32,000 nucleotides of DNA, from positions 2,490,001 through 2,522,000 of the forward strand of contig NC_017448.1 of assembly GCF_000146505.1 (NCBI RefSeq). Reading direction: 5' to 3'. A model generated the notes under the pieces. That model was not told the DNA's origin. It saw nothing but the letters and a program-made list of their open reading frames with translations, and did no database searches. Position 1 is the first letter of the stretch, and each line of letters starts with the position of its first letter. Source of the DNA: Fibrobacter succinogenes subsp. succinogenes S85. GTDB taxonomy: Bacteria > Fibrobacterota > Fibrobacteria > Fibrobacterales > Fibrobacteraceae. The position numbers were made by a program, and so were the translations under genes. Below, one piece after another: positions 1 to 8,767 of this stretch.

Positions 1-796
1 CAGCCGCGAAAACCTAGTGAACCTGTTGAACGACCTTTTGGCTCCGCAACTCAAGCATCCCATCAAGAGCGTGAAAACCCGCAATGTGGCTAAAAATCTG
101 AGCGGAAGTAAGGTGTCCCGCACGGCGATTTTTGACTTACACTGCGAAGACGATGCTGGAAATTTGATAGAAATTGAAGTTCAGATTCGTGAAATGGACA
201 ACTTCTTGAAACGTCTTGCGTTCTATGCGAGTGAACTTGTTGCGAACCAGGCGGAACCCGGTGAATGGGATTATGACGTGAAGCCGACTTATGTCATTGC
301 TCTTGCTCAGTACCGCATTTTCGAAAATGACAATCGAATTGTTCACCGCGCTACGACTTTGGATTTGGAAACCGGCGAACAGATTATGGATGCGTATAAC
401 TATACGATTATTGAACTTTCGAAGGTCCCGTTCTTTATCGGCAAGGACAATCTTAGCAAATGGCTGTTCTTTTTCCGTTATTTGGATAAGCTGCGAGAGC
501 TCCCCGAAGAGCTTTCTGACAAAAAATTCAAACAGTTGACGGAGAGTTCCAAAGTATCTAAATTCAGTAAAAAAGAATTCGAGGCTTATCAGAAAATGCA
601 TCACGACAGATGGGATCATAATGTCCTTAGACGGGGCTTCTTTGAGGAATTCGCGGATGAAATCAACGCGGAGATTTCTAAAAATGTATCTAAAAATACT
701 CGTGAAATTGCGAAGAAGATGAAAAGCAAGAATATGCCTATTGAAGAAATTATTGAATTTACCGGCCTTACCGAAGAAGAGGTCAAGGCTCTATAG
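1..796 (+). CDS. Rpn/YhgA-like PD-(D/E)XK nuclease family protein (putative transposase / recombination-promoting nuclease), 5-prime partial
   Basis: The frame of the 17..796 ORF stays open back to base 2, and the listed start is only an internal GTG. The segment FDLHCEDDAGNLIEIEVQ is the D...ExQ core typical of the PDDEXK_2 / Rpn family. The charged C-terminal tail (KKMKSKNMPIEEIIEFTGLTEEEV) is typical of these proteins. About 25-40 N-terminal residues appear to lie outside the window. Confidence 0.7.
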   Translation, partial: SRENLVNLLNDLLAPQLKHPIKSVKTRNVAKNLSGSKVSRTAIFDLHCEDDAGNLIEIEVQIREMDNFLKRLAFYASELVANQAEPGEWDYDVKPTYVIALAQYRIFENDNRIVHRATTLDLETGEQIMDAYNYTIIELSKVPFFIGKDNLSKWLFFFRYLDKLRELPEELSDKKFKQLTESSKVSKFSKKEFEAYQKMHHDRWDHNVLRRGFFEEFADEINAEISKNVSKNTREIAKKMKSKNMPIEEIIEFTGLTEEEVKAL

Positions 797-1322
797 ATTC
801 TCGTTGTTGCTACGATTGGGCTTTGAAGAAAATGAAATAAGTAATCCCAATGAACGATGGTGATTGATTTACTAAGTCTGTTTTGGAGGAGTGAGGGGAG
901 AAAGGTCTTTTTTTGCATAATTCTATGGCTTTTTTAATGTGCTCATATAGGCGTATAAGCTCTTTTTTTCTACTATTCTTAATGAAATATTTGAGTTTTG
1001 CTCTTGTTCTCTAGTTCGAAATACCGCTAATACTTCAAACAGAGAAGAACAAGGCAACGCTCACGCGGTCATGTTGTTTTCAACATGACTCGATGTGCCG
1101 CATCTACAGAAATGTGGATTTTGGTGCATTGCCCTTTGGCCGCATGCGGCGGTGCTTTTCTCGAATCGAGAAAGGTCTTTGGGGGCGTGGGTTGTTTCGC
1201 CTGTTTCTTTGTTGGGCACTTAGCGGTAGCCTCGAACTAAGGCGGGTGGACCTGCGCCCCTTTTTATTTCATAAAATAGCGCAACCTACTGTCAGAACGA
1301 GAGCGTACTGGCAGAGGTTTGA

Positions 1323-3062
1323 TTGGCTAATAAAAAGACAACATTGCGTATTGACAATGAGGAATTACATGAAAGTTCCGGTTTTCTTTCTGCGCAAGTC
1401 TTTTGGTGTCAATCTTGTCGTGTTCCTATAATCACATCTCCAGAGCAGATTAATGGTGTTAATGGCAAAAGCGTATGTCCACTTTGTCATTCAACAACAA
1501 CATTTCTGTCAACAGATTTGCGTCCGGTCTTTCCAGAGGAAAGATTGCTGTTGGAACTTCTGTTAGCTCACAATCAACCTTTGAAATATTCGGAGTGCTC
1601 TGTATGGGCTCTTGATAGCCGTTATTATATCGACGGAAAGATGAAGTCCATTCCTTCAAAGACCTTTCGAACGGAAGATTGCGATGTCCTTTCCGCATTG
1701 ATTAAGGAAAGCGAAAAAAACAATAAATCCAAGAAAGTTCAAGCATGTTTTGATGACTTCAAAAATAAATTTATTGCTGCTAACAAAAATCGCCTCAACG
1801 CCCTGATTAGCGAAGCACATGCTTTTATTAAGAAAGAAGCCGCCAACTATCCAGAAGAAAACATTGTTCTGTCTTTCTCTGGGGGTAAGGATTCTTCCGT
1901 TACAGCGGACATTGTGACGAAAGCATTAGGTAATCCGAGTCTTGTTCATATTTTCGGTAACACAACATTGGAATTTCCGCAAACGGTTGAATACGCAAAA
2001 AGATTTAAGAAAAATCATCCGTTTGCAATTTTTGAAACTTCTATCAATGAAGATCAAAATTTTATGGATGTTTGTGAAGACATTGGTCCTCCAGCACGAA
2101 TTATGCGTTGGTGCTGTTCCATGTTCAAAACAGGACCGATTACGCGTGTATTAAATTCTCTGTACAGAAATCAGCAAATATTGACCTTTTATGGGATTCG
2201 TCGTGCAGAAAGTGCGAGCCGAAGCAAATACAATCGTGTCGAAAGCGGCAAGGAATCTGTTAAAATTCAAAAGCAAACAGTGGCATCTCCAATCATTGAC
2301 TGGAAAGATATCGATATCTGGCTTTATCTTTTGGCGGAGAATGTTGATTTTAACGATGCGTATCGTTTAGGATACGATCGTGTTGGTTGCTGGTGTTGCC
2401 CGAATAACAATCAGCGTGCTCAATTCTTGAGCAGAATCTACATGCCTGAGAATTCTAAGAAATGGCGAGACTTCTTAATTCGCTTTGCGAAAAGAATCGG
2501 CAAGCCTGATCCAGAAGAATATGTGGATTCTGGAGCATGGAAAGCTCGTCAAGGTGGAAACGGCTTGGCTGCAGCCGATGATGTAAAAATCAAATTCACA
2601 AATTGCACCGCGGAAGACCATGCGAAAAATTACAGGCTTGTTCGTCCGTTTGACGATGAACTTGTGAATATGTTTGTGCCGTTCGGAACGATTAATCGTG
2701 AATTAGGTAGAAAACTTCTTCACGAGGTTCTTGTACTTGATGTTCGTACAAATGTGCCAATCATTTCTCTCCAACCGTTTACTGTCGATGGCTTTGAACA
2801 TGCTGTAAAGATAAGAACAATGAATGTTGCGGATCATGACGATTTGCAAAGAAAAATTGCTTACCAAATTCGAAAGTTTAATGGCTGTAGAAAATGTTTG
2901 AAGTGTGAAAGTGTCTGTAAGGCTGGAGCCATTAGTATAACCGCTGAAGGTTATCACATTGATGAAAAAAAATGCGTCCATTGCAAAATGTGTGTGAATC
3001 AGTCTGTTTTGGCAATGGGATGCTTGATGGGAAAGTATTTGAAAACGAAAGAGGTTCGTTAG
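1323..3062 (+). CDS. sspD: PAPS-reductase/PP-loop ATP pyrophosphatase, DndC/SspD-like, with N-terminal zinc ribbon and C-terminal 2x[4Fe-4S] ferredoxin domain
   Basis: PP-loop motif SFSGGKDSS. Cys motifs CCSMFKTGP and GCWCCPN are typical of DndC-like PAPS reductases. N-terminal CQSC...CPLC zinc ribbon. C-terminal CRKCLKCESVC and CVHCKMCVN ferredoxin-type motifs. Its stop codon directly abuts the DUF4007 gene start (TAG then ATG). The start is uncertain: the ORF track uses TTG at 1323, another TTG lies at 1344, and there is no in-frame ATG upstream of the zinc ribbon. Confidence 0.8.
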   Translation: MANKKTTLRIDNEELHESSGFLSAQVFWCQSCRVPIITSPEQINGVNGKSVCPLCHSTTTFLSTDLRPVFPEERLLLELLLAHNQPLKYSECSVWALDSRYYIDGKMKSIPSKTFRTEDCDVLSALIKESEKNNKSKKVQACFDDFKNKFIAANKNRLNALISEAHAFIKKEAANYPEENIVLSFSGGKDSSVTADIVTKALGNPSLVHIFGNTTLEFPQTVEYAKRFKKNHPFAIFETSINEDQNFMDVCEDIGPPARIMRWCCSMFKTGPITRVLNSLYRNQQILTFYGIRRAESASRSKYNRVESGKESVKIQKQTVASPIIDWKDIDIWLYLLAENVDFNDAYRLGYDRVGCWCCPNNNQRAQFLSRIYMPENSKKWRDFLIRFAKRIGKPDPEEYVDSGAWKARQGGNGLAAADDVKIKFTNCTAEDHAKNYRLVRPFDDELVNMFVPFGTINRELGRKLLHEVLVLDVRTNVPIISLQPFTVDGFEHAVKIRTMNVADHDDLQRKIAYQIRKFNGCRKCLKCESVCKAGAISITAEGYHIDEKKCVHCKMCVNQSVLAMGCLMGKYLKTKEVR

Positions 3063-3971
3063 ATGAAGTTTAGAGCTCATGAAACTTTTTTTATCCGTAA
3101 GGGCTGGCTTTCTAAGGGAATCAAATATGTAGAGCTGACTGAGGGACGTGTTTTTATAGATAAAGAAAACAATCCGATGGATGTATTAGGGATTGGCAGC
3201 AACATGGTTAAATCTCTTCGTTATTGGTTACAGGCCGTCGGCATCACATGCGAAAATATTGCGACAAAGAGAGTTCAGAAATTTACGGATTTGGGAAATT
3301 TAATTCGTGAGAATGACCGCTATATTGAGGAATTGGGAACGCTTTTGTTGCTTCACTATGAACTTGCTACAAATAAAGAACTTGCTACTAGTTGGTACGT
3401 GTTTTTCAATGAATTTTTAATGAGCGAGTTTACACAAGAAGATTTTCTGAATTTTATTCGAAATTACATCTCAATGAATATTGGCGAAGATGAAAAAGAA
3501 TCTGGAACCACGAGAACTCTGGAAGATGACTTTAACTGCATCGTAGGAACGTATGTTCCCCGTTATAAATTGAATCCCGCAAAGGTTTCTGCTGAAAGCA
3601 ATATTGATTGCCCGTTTGGTGAGATGAACCTTATTGAAGTACTGAATAAGAGAGATGGTGTATATAGGAAGAATATTCTAAGTGCTGCATCCTTCAATCC
3701 TTGGATTACACTAGCTCTAATTCAGAAGAAACACTGCGGAACAGAGGAAATTCTTCTGAAAGACTTGCTGTTAACTTCAGAAAGCATTGGAAAGGCTTTT
3801 AATCTTGATTCTATAACATTGCTTGAAATTTTACGAAATCTTGAAAAACTGGGCGAAGCAAAGATTATTAGAACAGCGGGGTTGGATGTTGTAAGAATTA
3901 AGCATCCAGAACAACAGTACATTGATTGCGTTCAAAAGTATTACGAATCCATTGCAAATGAAAGGGCTTAA
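3063..3971 (+). CDS. sspB: DUF4007-family protein, SspB-like (phosphorothioation nickase component)
   Basis: The N-terminus FRAHETFFIRKGWLSKG matches the recalled DUF4007 signature (GHETF.LR.GWL.KG). It sits between the PAPS-reductase-like gene and the giant ATPase, as in Ssp clusters. Its ATG directly follows the upstream stop. Confidence 0.75.
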   Translation: MKFRAHETFFIRKGWLSKGIKYVELTEGRVFIDKENNPMDVLGIGSNMVKSLRYWLQAVGITCENIATKRVQKFTDLGNLIRENDRYIEELGTLLLLHYELATNKELATSWYVFFNEFLMSEFTQEDFLNFIRNYISMNIGEDEKESGTTRTLEDDFNCIVGTYVPRYKLNPAKVSAESNIDCPFGEMNLIEVLNKRDGVYRKNILSAASFNPWITLALIQKKHCGTEEILLKDLLLTSESIGKAFNLDSITLLEILRNLEKLGEAKIIRTAGLDVVRIKHPEQQYIDCVQKYYESIANERA

Positions 3972-3975
3972 TATT

Positions 3976-6900
3976 ATGAGCAAAATGATTCAAACTGCAA
4001 GTGGTTTCCAGTATTCTGTAAATATCGAATATGATTTGCATAATACAGAGAAATTGGGAAATTTTATCCCAACGAGATCATCATTGTCTTTGTTAGAAGA
4101 TATCCTTGATAGTACTCAGAATAGTGCTACTAATCGAGCTAGAATTCTAATTGGTGCTTACGGAAAAGGCAAAAGTCATATTGTACTTACGATTCTTTCC
4201 TTGTTGATGAAAAAGAATCGTGATTTGTTTGTTCATTTAAATGAAAAACTTCAAGAAAATAACCGTTTGTCTGCGCTGCTGAAAAATTACTATAGCGGAA
4301 AGGTCAAGTTATTGCCTGTTGTTATTTCTGGCAATAGCACAAGTTTGCATCAGGCCTTTATATTCTCCTTGCAGAAAACCTTGAGCGATAATAACCTGAT
4401 GGATGTTATGCCGGAAACTAATTATGCGGCGGCAATAAAAACGATTCAGAAATGGGAAAAAGACTATCCTCAAACATTTAAAACATTTGCAAAAGGGATA
4501 AACGGAACTGTCAAAGCATTCATTGAAAAATTGCAGGATTTTGATGTAAATGCGTACCGCCAATTTGAGCAGGTTTATCCTGAATTGACTGCCGGAAGCA
4601 TTTTTAATCCTTTTGTAGGTTTTGATGTTGTTGACCTATACGAAAGTGTCGCTAAAGCATTAAAAAGGACCTCAAAATGGACTGGTCTTTATGTTGTATA
4701 CGACGAGTTTAGCAAGTATCTTGAAGCCAACATATCTACAGCAAGTGTTAGTGACACAAAAATGTTGCAAGATTTTGCGGAAAAGTGCTCAAGAAGCGGC
4801 GATACGCAGATGCACCTTATGCTTATTTCGCATAAAGAGATTGCAAATTATATTGACCAACTTCCGAAACAGAAAACAGATGGATGGCGAGGTATCTCAG
4901 AACGATTTGAACATGTCTTGCTTAATAATAATTTTACGCAAGTATATGAGATAATATCGTCGGTCATTAAGAAGAAGCCCGCTGATTGGAATCGTTTTAA
5001 AAAAAGCCAAAACAAAAAATTTGATGACCTGTTTGCGATATATTGTAATCACTCGTTGTTTAATGAAATGAAACCCGATGAAGTGCAAAAACTTCTACTT
5101 GATTGCTATCCGCTTCATCCGGTCAGCGTTTTTATTCTTCCGCGACTTTCAGAACAGATTGCACAAAATGAAAGAACCCTTTTTACATTCTTGTCGGCAC
5201 AAGGGCACTCGACACTTTCTGCATTCTTAAGTGGGTATGACGATTCTAATTTCAAGTTGGTAACCCCAGATTTGTTGTTTGATTATTTTGAACAACTTTT
5301 CAAGAAGGAAATTTATAATAACGAAATTCGCGATGTCTATTTATTGGCGAATCGGGCTCTTGAAAAAATTGGAAAGAAAAAGATTCTTGAATGTAAGATC
5401 ATAAAAACATTGTGCTTGCTTTATATCCTGCAACAGTTTGAAAAAATCAAGCCGGTTAAAGAAGAAATATTTCACATTTACAAAAATGAATATACAGAGG
5501 AAGATATTCTTTTAGCTATTGACAATCTTGTAGAAAAAGAATTCGTTGTTTATTTGCGGCAGAGTAATTCTTATTTAAAATTGAAAGAATCTTCTGGTGT
5601 TGATATTGAAAAAACGATAAATGATGAAATTGAACGACAACGCAGTAAATTTGACTTGTGTGATGTTTTAAACGAATTTAATACCAGTGCGTATTTATAT
5701 CCATCGAGGTATAACGACAAATATGAGATGACTCGATGGTTTGATTTCATATTTGTTTCAGATAAAGAATTCTTAGAAGATACGGACTGGCAAAATAGAT
5801 ATGCCGAGAGAGACTCTGATGGTCAAGTTATTGCGGTCGTTTTAGGTGGAAAAAATTCAGCAAAAAAAATTCGCACTTTGGTCGAGCAAGTTTCCGTTGC
5901 TCAAAGACAAATTTTATTTGTTGTTCCCTCGCAGTTTAAAGAAATCGAAAGTACCGCAAAAAAATATAGTGCGGTTTATGCTCTACGCGAGAAATCTCAT
6001 GGCGATAGCGCTTTAGAAGATGAATATCAAGTCGTGATAGATGATTTAAGTGAAGTATTATACGGATTTGTTGCTGATTATATCAGAGCTGAGAGAAATG
6101 CTTCGTCATATATTTATTGTGGAGAAGACGCCTGTATTAGTAGAAAATCGGAACTTTCTGAAAAACTTTCCGAAATTTGTGAAAATATTTATTCAAAAGC
6201 TCCGATTATCAAGAATGAAGCTATCAACAAAAACTCTCCAACAACGGTAATGGAAAATGCCCGAGAGAAGGTTATTTCTGCTCTATTAAGAAATGAACTT
6301 GAATATAATCTTGGTTTGACCGGAACGGGCCCTGACGTGTTCATTATGCGAAGTGTCTTGATAAATACTGGGCTGTTGATTAATGAAAAAAATGATGTAA
6401 GATTAAATTTTGATTTCCAGAAGAAGGATGATGTTGCCGTTGTAAAACCTATTGTTGACGCTCTGCAATGGTTTGTCAATAATGCTGCAGAGAAAAATAA
6501 AGCTTCTTTTGGTGCGTTGTATCGAAGATTGACATCACCTAGTGGAAAAATCGGCATGAGAAAAGGAATTATTCCGATATTCATTGCCGCATTCTTGCAT
6601 TGCCATAAAAGGTCCATTTCTATTCATAATGAATATGGAACTGTAGAAATTTCTGCGCAGACCTTAAACCAGATAAATAAAAATCCTGATTCATATACTC
6701 TGACTTACATATCTTGGGATTCGACTAAAGAAAAGTACATCCATGATATGAAAACTTTATTTGGTCAGTGGCTTACTCCTTACGAGATGAAGTCGCTTGA
6801 AATTGATGGATTGTTTGCCGCGATGAATCGCTGGTATTTCGATTTGCCTAAGTATACGAAAGAAATTTATTCAAAGGCAAATCCCAAAAAGACAAACCAA

Positions 6901-7602
6901 GTCTTTGTCGATTTTCTGAATTTGTTTACGCAAAATGTAAGTTGTGAAGAAATCCTTTTTGAACGAATTCCGATGGTGTTTACGGGAAAACCTTCGTGTG
7001 GGGAAAATGTCCTTACGAAGTTATCCGATGCCAAAAAGGATATCGATGATTCAATAATTAGACTGAAGCAGTTGCTTTTAGATATAACAAGAAATGTTTT
7101 CGCCAATCAGCCAGTAAAGAAAGCCTCAGTGCCTTCTATATGCAAAGAATGGACTAAAAAGCTTGACAAGAATGTTTCCGACAATGTATTTGATGATGGT
7201 ATAACTGATAGAATGCTGAATCTTTTCTATCAGAATATGTCGGACGAATCAAAATTCATTGAAGGTCTTGCAGAAATTTTGACCGGATTGAGAATTGTTG
7301 ATTGGAATTTCAATACAATTGATTCTTTTAAGAACAAACTGAAAGAGTGTAAAAAAACTGCAGAAAACTATAAAGAAACTGATACACGGAATCAGGATAA
7401 TAGCTATAGGCTTTCCTTTACCGACGAAATGGGCCGCGAATCTACAAAGACGTTTAGCAAAGTCGATTTAACTCCTCGTTCACGGTTGCTCTTCAATAAA
7501 ATGGAAGATGCGCTTAATACAATGGGACAGGCGTTGTCAGTGGCGGAAAAGAGGCAGGTTGTTGTAGATATTCTTCAAAAAATGTGTGGGGAGAACAACT
7601 AA
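3976..7602 (+). CDS. sspC: Large DUF499/BrxC-like P-loop ATPase, SspC-like
   Basis: Walker A GAYGKGKSH and Walker B-like LYVVYDEF. Length is about 1200 aa, as for BrxC/PglY/SspC-type ATPases. I prefer the ATG at 3976 (MSKMIQ), 4 nt after the sspB stop. The track start at 3922 would overlap sspB by 50 nt. Confidence 0.75.
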   Translation: MSKMIQTASGFQYSVNIEYDLHNTEKLGNFIPTRSSLSLLEDILDSTQNSATNRARILIGAYGKGKSHIVLTILSLLMKKNRDLFVHLNEKLQENNRLSALLKNYYSGKVKLLPVVISGNSTSLHQAFIFSLQKTLSDNNLMDVMPETNYAAAIKTIQKWEKDYPQTFKTFAKGINGTVKAFIEKLQDFDVNAYRQFEQVYPELTAGSIFNPFVGFDVVDLYESVAKALKRTSKWTGLYVVYDEFSKYLEANISTASVSDTKMLQDFAEKCSRSGDTQMHLMLISHKEIANYIDQLPKQKTDGWRGISERFEHVLLNNNFTQVYEIISSVIKKKPADWNRFKKSQNKKFDDLFAIYCNHSLFNEMKPDEVQKLLLDCYPLHPVSVFILPRLSEQIAQNERTLFTFLSAQGHSTLSAFLSGYDDSNFKLVTPDLLFDYFEQLFKKEIYNNEIRDVYLLANRALEKIGKKKILECKIIKTLCLLYILQQFEKIKPVKEEIFHIYKNEYTEEDILLAIDNLVEKEFVVYLRQSNSYLKLKESSGVDIEKTINDEIERQRSKFDLCDVLNEFNTSAYLYPSRYNDKYEMTRWFDFIFVSDKEFLEDTDWQNRYAERDSDGQVIAVVLGGKNSAKKIRTLVEQVSVAQRQILFVVPSQFKEIESTAKKYSAVYALREKSHGDSALEDEYQVVIDDLSEVLYGFVADYIRAERNASSYIYCGEDACISRKSELSEKLSEICENIYSKAPIIKNEAINKNSPTTVMENAREKVISALLRNELEYNLGLTGTGPDVFIMRSVLINTGLLINEKNDVRLNFDFQKKDDVAVVKPIVDALQWFVNNAAEKNKASFGALYRRLTSPSGKIGMRKGIIPIFIAAFLHCHKRSISIHNEYGTVEISAQTLNQINKNPDSYTLTYISWDSTKEKYIHDMKTLFGQWLTPYEMKSLEIDGLFAAMNRWYFDLPKYTKEIYSKANPKKTNQVFVDFLNLFTQNVSCEEILFERIPMVFTGKPSCGENVLTKLSDAKKDIDDSIIRLKQLLLDITRNVFANQPVKKASVPSICKEWTKKLDKNVSDNVFDDGITDRMLNLFYQNMSDESKFIEGLAEILTGLRIVDWNFNTIDSFKNKLKECKKTAENYKETDTRNQDNSYRLSFTDEMGRESTKTFSKVDLTPRSRLLFNKMEDALNTMGQALSVAEKRQVVVDILQKMCGENN

Positions 7603-8756
7603 TGGCTTATTTCGACAATGCAGCGACGACTTTCCCGAAACCAGAATGTGTTTATGATTTCATGAATACATTCTATAGGGAATGTGGCGGAAACGCTGGC
7701 CGCGGAAGCCACAAACTTTCGATAGGTGCTGGTAAGATGGTTTCTGGAACCAGGAATCGTCTTAAGCAGTTACTGCATTGTGAAAATAAACAAATCGTAT
7801 TCACGCCTTCAGCTACGATTGCCTTGAACATGATTTTGCAGGGTGTTCTTGATGGCAAAATGACTGCGAGAGCAAATGTTTATATTTCTCCGTTTGAACA
7901 TAATGCTGTGACAAGGATTCTTCATCATTATGAAGAAATCGGAGTAGTCAACGTAAAAATACTTGATATTGATGATAATTTCCATTATGATTTTGCGAAA
8001 ATAAAGAAGAATTTTGATAAAGCAGTCCCTTCTTTGATGGTTGTTAGCCATGCAAGCAATGTTATTGGCTTAATTTCTCCAGTAGAAGAACTGTGCTCAA
8101 TGGCAAAGAAATACAACGCCGTTACCGTTATAGATATGGCACAAACTGCCGGCCTGGTTGACATTAATGTCGGCTTGGAGACATTTGATTTCGCTGTGTT
8201 TGCTGGACATAAGACGCTTTATGGGCCAACAGGAATTAGTGGCTTTGCAATGAAGCCTGATTTTGATTTGGATCCAGTTTTATTTGGTGGCACCGGTTTT
8301 GAAAGTGCTAATCAGGATATGCCAAACGATATTCCCCAGCGCTATGAAATGGGGACGCTCAATATCGCTGGAATTGCTGGATTGCATGCTTCATTGGGTT
8401 GGATATTAGATGAGGGAATAGATTATTTATGGGAGCATGAGCAATTAAAGCGAAAAGAATTGCTAAAGATTCTTCGTTCTTATCATTTTGTGAAAATCGT
8501 TGGTGATAATGAACGCAATCAATATGTAGGAATAGTTTCTTGCGTAATAGATGGATTGCCTAGTGATACTGCGGCAAGTGTATTTGCCGAGAAGAATATT
8601 GCAGTTCGAAGTGGGTTGCAGTGTGCTCCGCTCGCACACAAGACTTTGGGAACCTTTCCTTCGGGAACAATACGGTTTAGTTGTAGTGCGTTTACGAGCG
8701 ATGCGGACTTTGTCGACTTAAAACAATCTTTGGAATGGATTAAGGAAAATTTGTAA
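7602..8756 (+). CDS. sspA: Class-V aminotransferase-fold cysteine desulfurase, SspA-like
   Basis: N-terminus MAYFDNAATTFPKP. PLP-lysine context FAGHKTLYGPTG. Catalytic Cys loop VRSGLQCAPLAH. I prefer the ATG at 7602, which overlaps the sspC stop as TAATG; the track start at 7584 is upstream and in frame. Confidence 0.85.
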   Translation: MAYFDNAATTFPKPECVYDFMNTFYRECGGNAGRGSHKLSIGAGKMVSGTRNRLKQLLHCENKQIVFTPSATIALNMILQGVLDGKMTARANVYISPFEHNAVTRILHHYEEIGVVNVKILDIDDNFHYDFAKIKKNFDKAVPSLMVVSHASNVIGLISPVEELCSMAKKYNAVTVIDMAQTAGLVDINVGLETFDFAVFAGHKTLYGPTGISGFAMKPDFDLDPVLFGGTGFESANQDMPNDIPQRYEMGTLNIAGIAGLHASLGWILDEGIDYLWEHEQLKRKELLKILRSYHFVKIVGDNERNQYVGIVSCVIDGLPSDTAASVFAEKNIAVRSGLQCAPLAHKTLGTFPSGTIRFSCSAFTSDADFVDLKQSLEWIKENL

Positions 8757-8767
8757 CGGGTTCGCTT

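Noticed and set aside
137-918. Minus-strand ORFs 137-619 and 616-918, and plus-strand ORF 291-539
   Set aside because: They overlap or run antisense to the Rpn-family gene, which has the diagnostic D...ExQ nuclease core. The alternatives have no motifs.
1068-1089. Perfect 9-bp hairpin GTCATGTTG-TTTT-CAACATGAC as a terminator
   Set aside because: No T-run follows on either strand and no gene ends nearby. It may be another GTCAT-type repeat, but a single short copy is insufficient evidence.
898-1180. 13-bp direct repeat GAGAAAGGTCTTT at 898-910 and 1168-1180, as a possible target-site duplication of a small insertion
   Set aside because: I found no terminal inverted repeats or coding capacity between the copies, and the flanks differ (a T-run versus a G-run). 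It is recorded as an oddity only, and I cannot support a mobile-element call.
800-1320. tRNA, tmRNA or att site at the left island border
   Set aside because: I looked for a T-loop-like GGTTCGAATCC, a CCA-proximal acceptor stem and a cloverleaf, and found none. The GC-rich stretch at 1090-1260 has only short local hairpins.
1093-1431. 112-aa plus-strand ORF spanning the left island border
   Set aside because: It crosses the sharp GC-content step and overlaps the sspD-like start. It has no ribosome-binding site, and the translation is Arg/Leu/Phe-rich with no motif. It is most likely non-coding.
3922-3975. Track start of the giant ATPase at 3922 (50-nt overlap with the DUF4007 gene)
   Set aside because: The in-frame ATG at 3976 lies 4 nt after the upstream stop and matches the tight spacing seen elsewhere in the operon. 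The extra 18 residues carry no recognisable feature.
1323-7602. BREX type 4 interpretation (BrxP PAPS reductase plus BrxC ATPase)
   Set aside because: There is no PglZ or BrxL/Lon-like gene anywhere in the island. A DUF4007 gene and a cysteine desulfurase are present instead, which fits the Ssp phosphorothioation gene set better.
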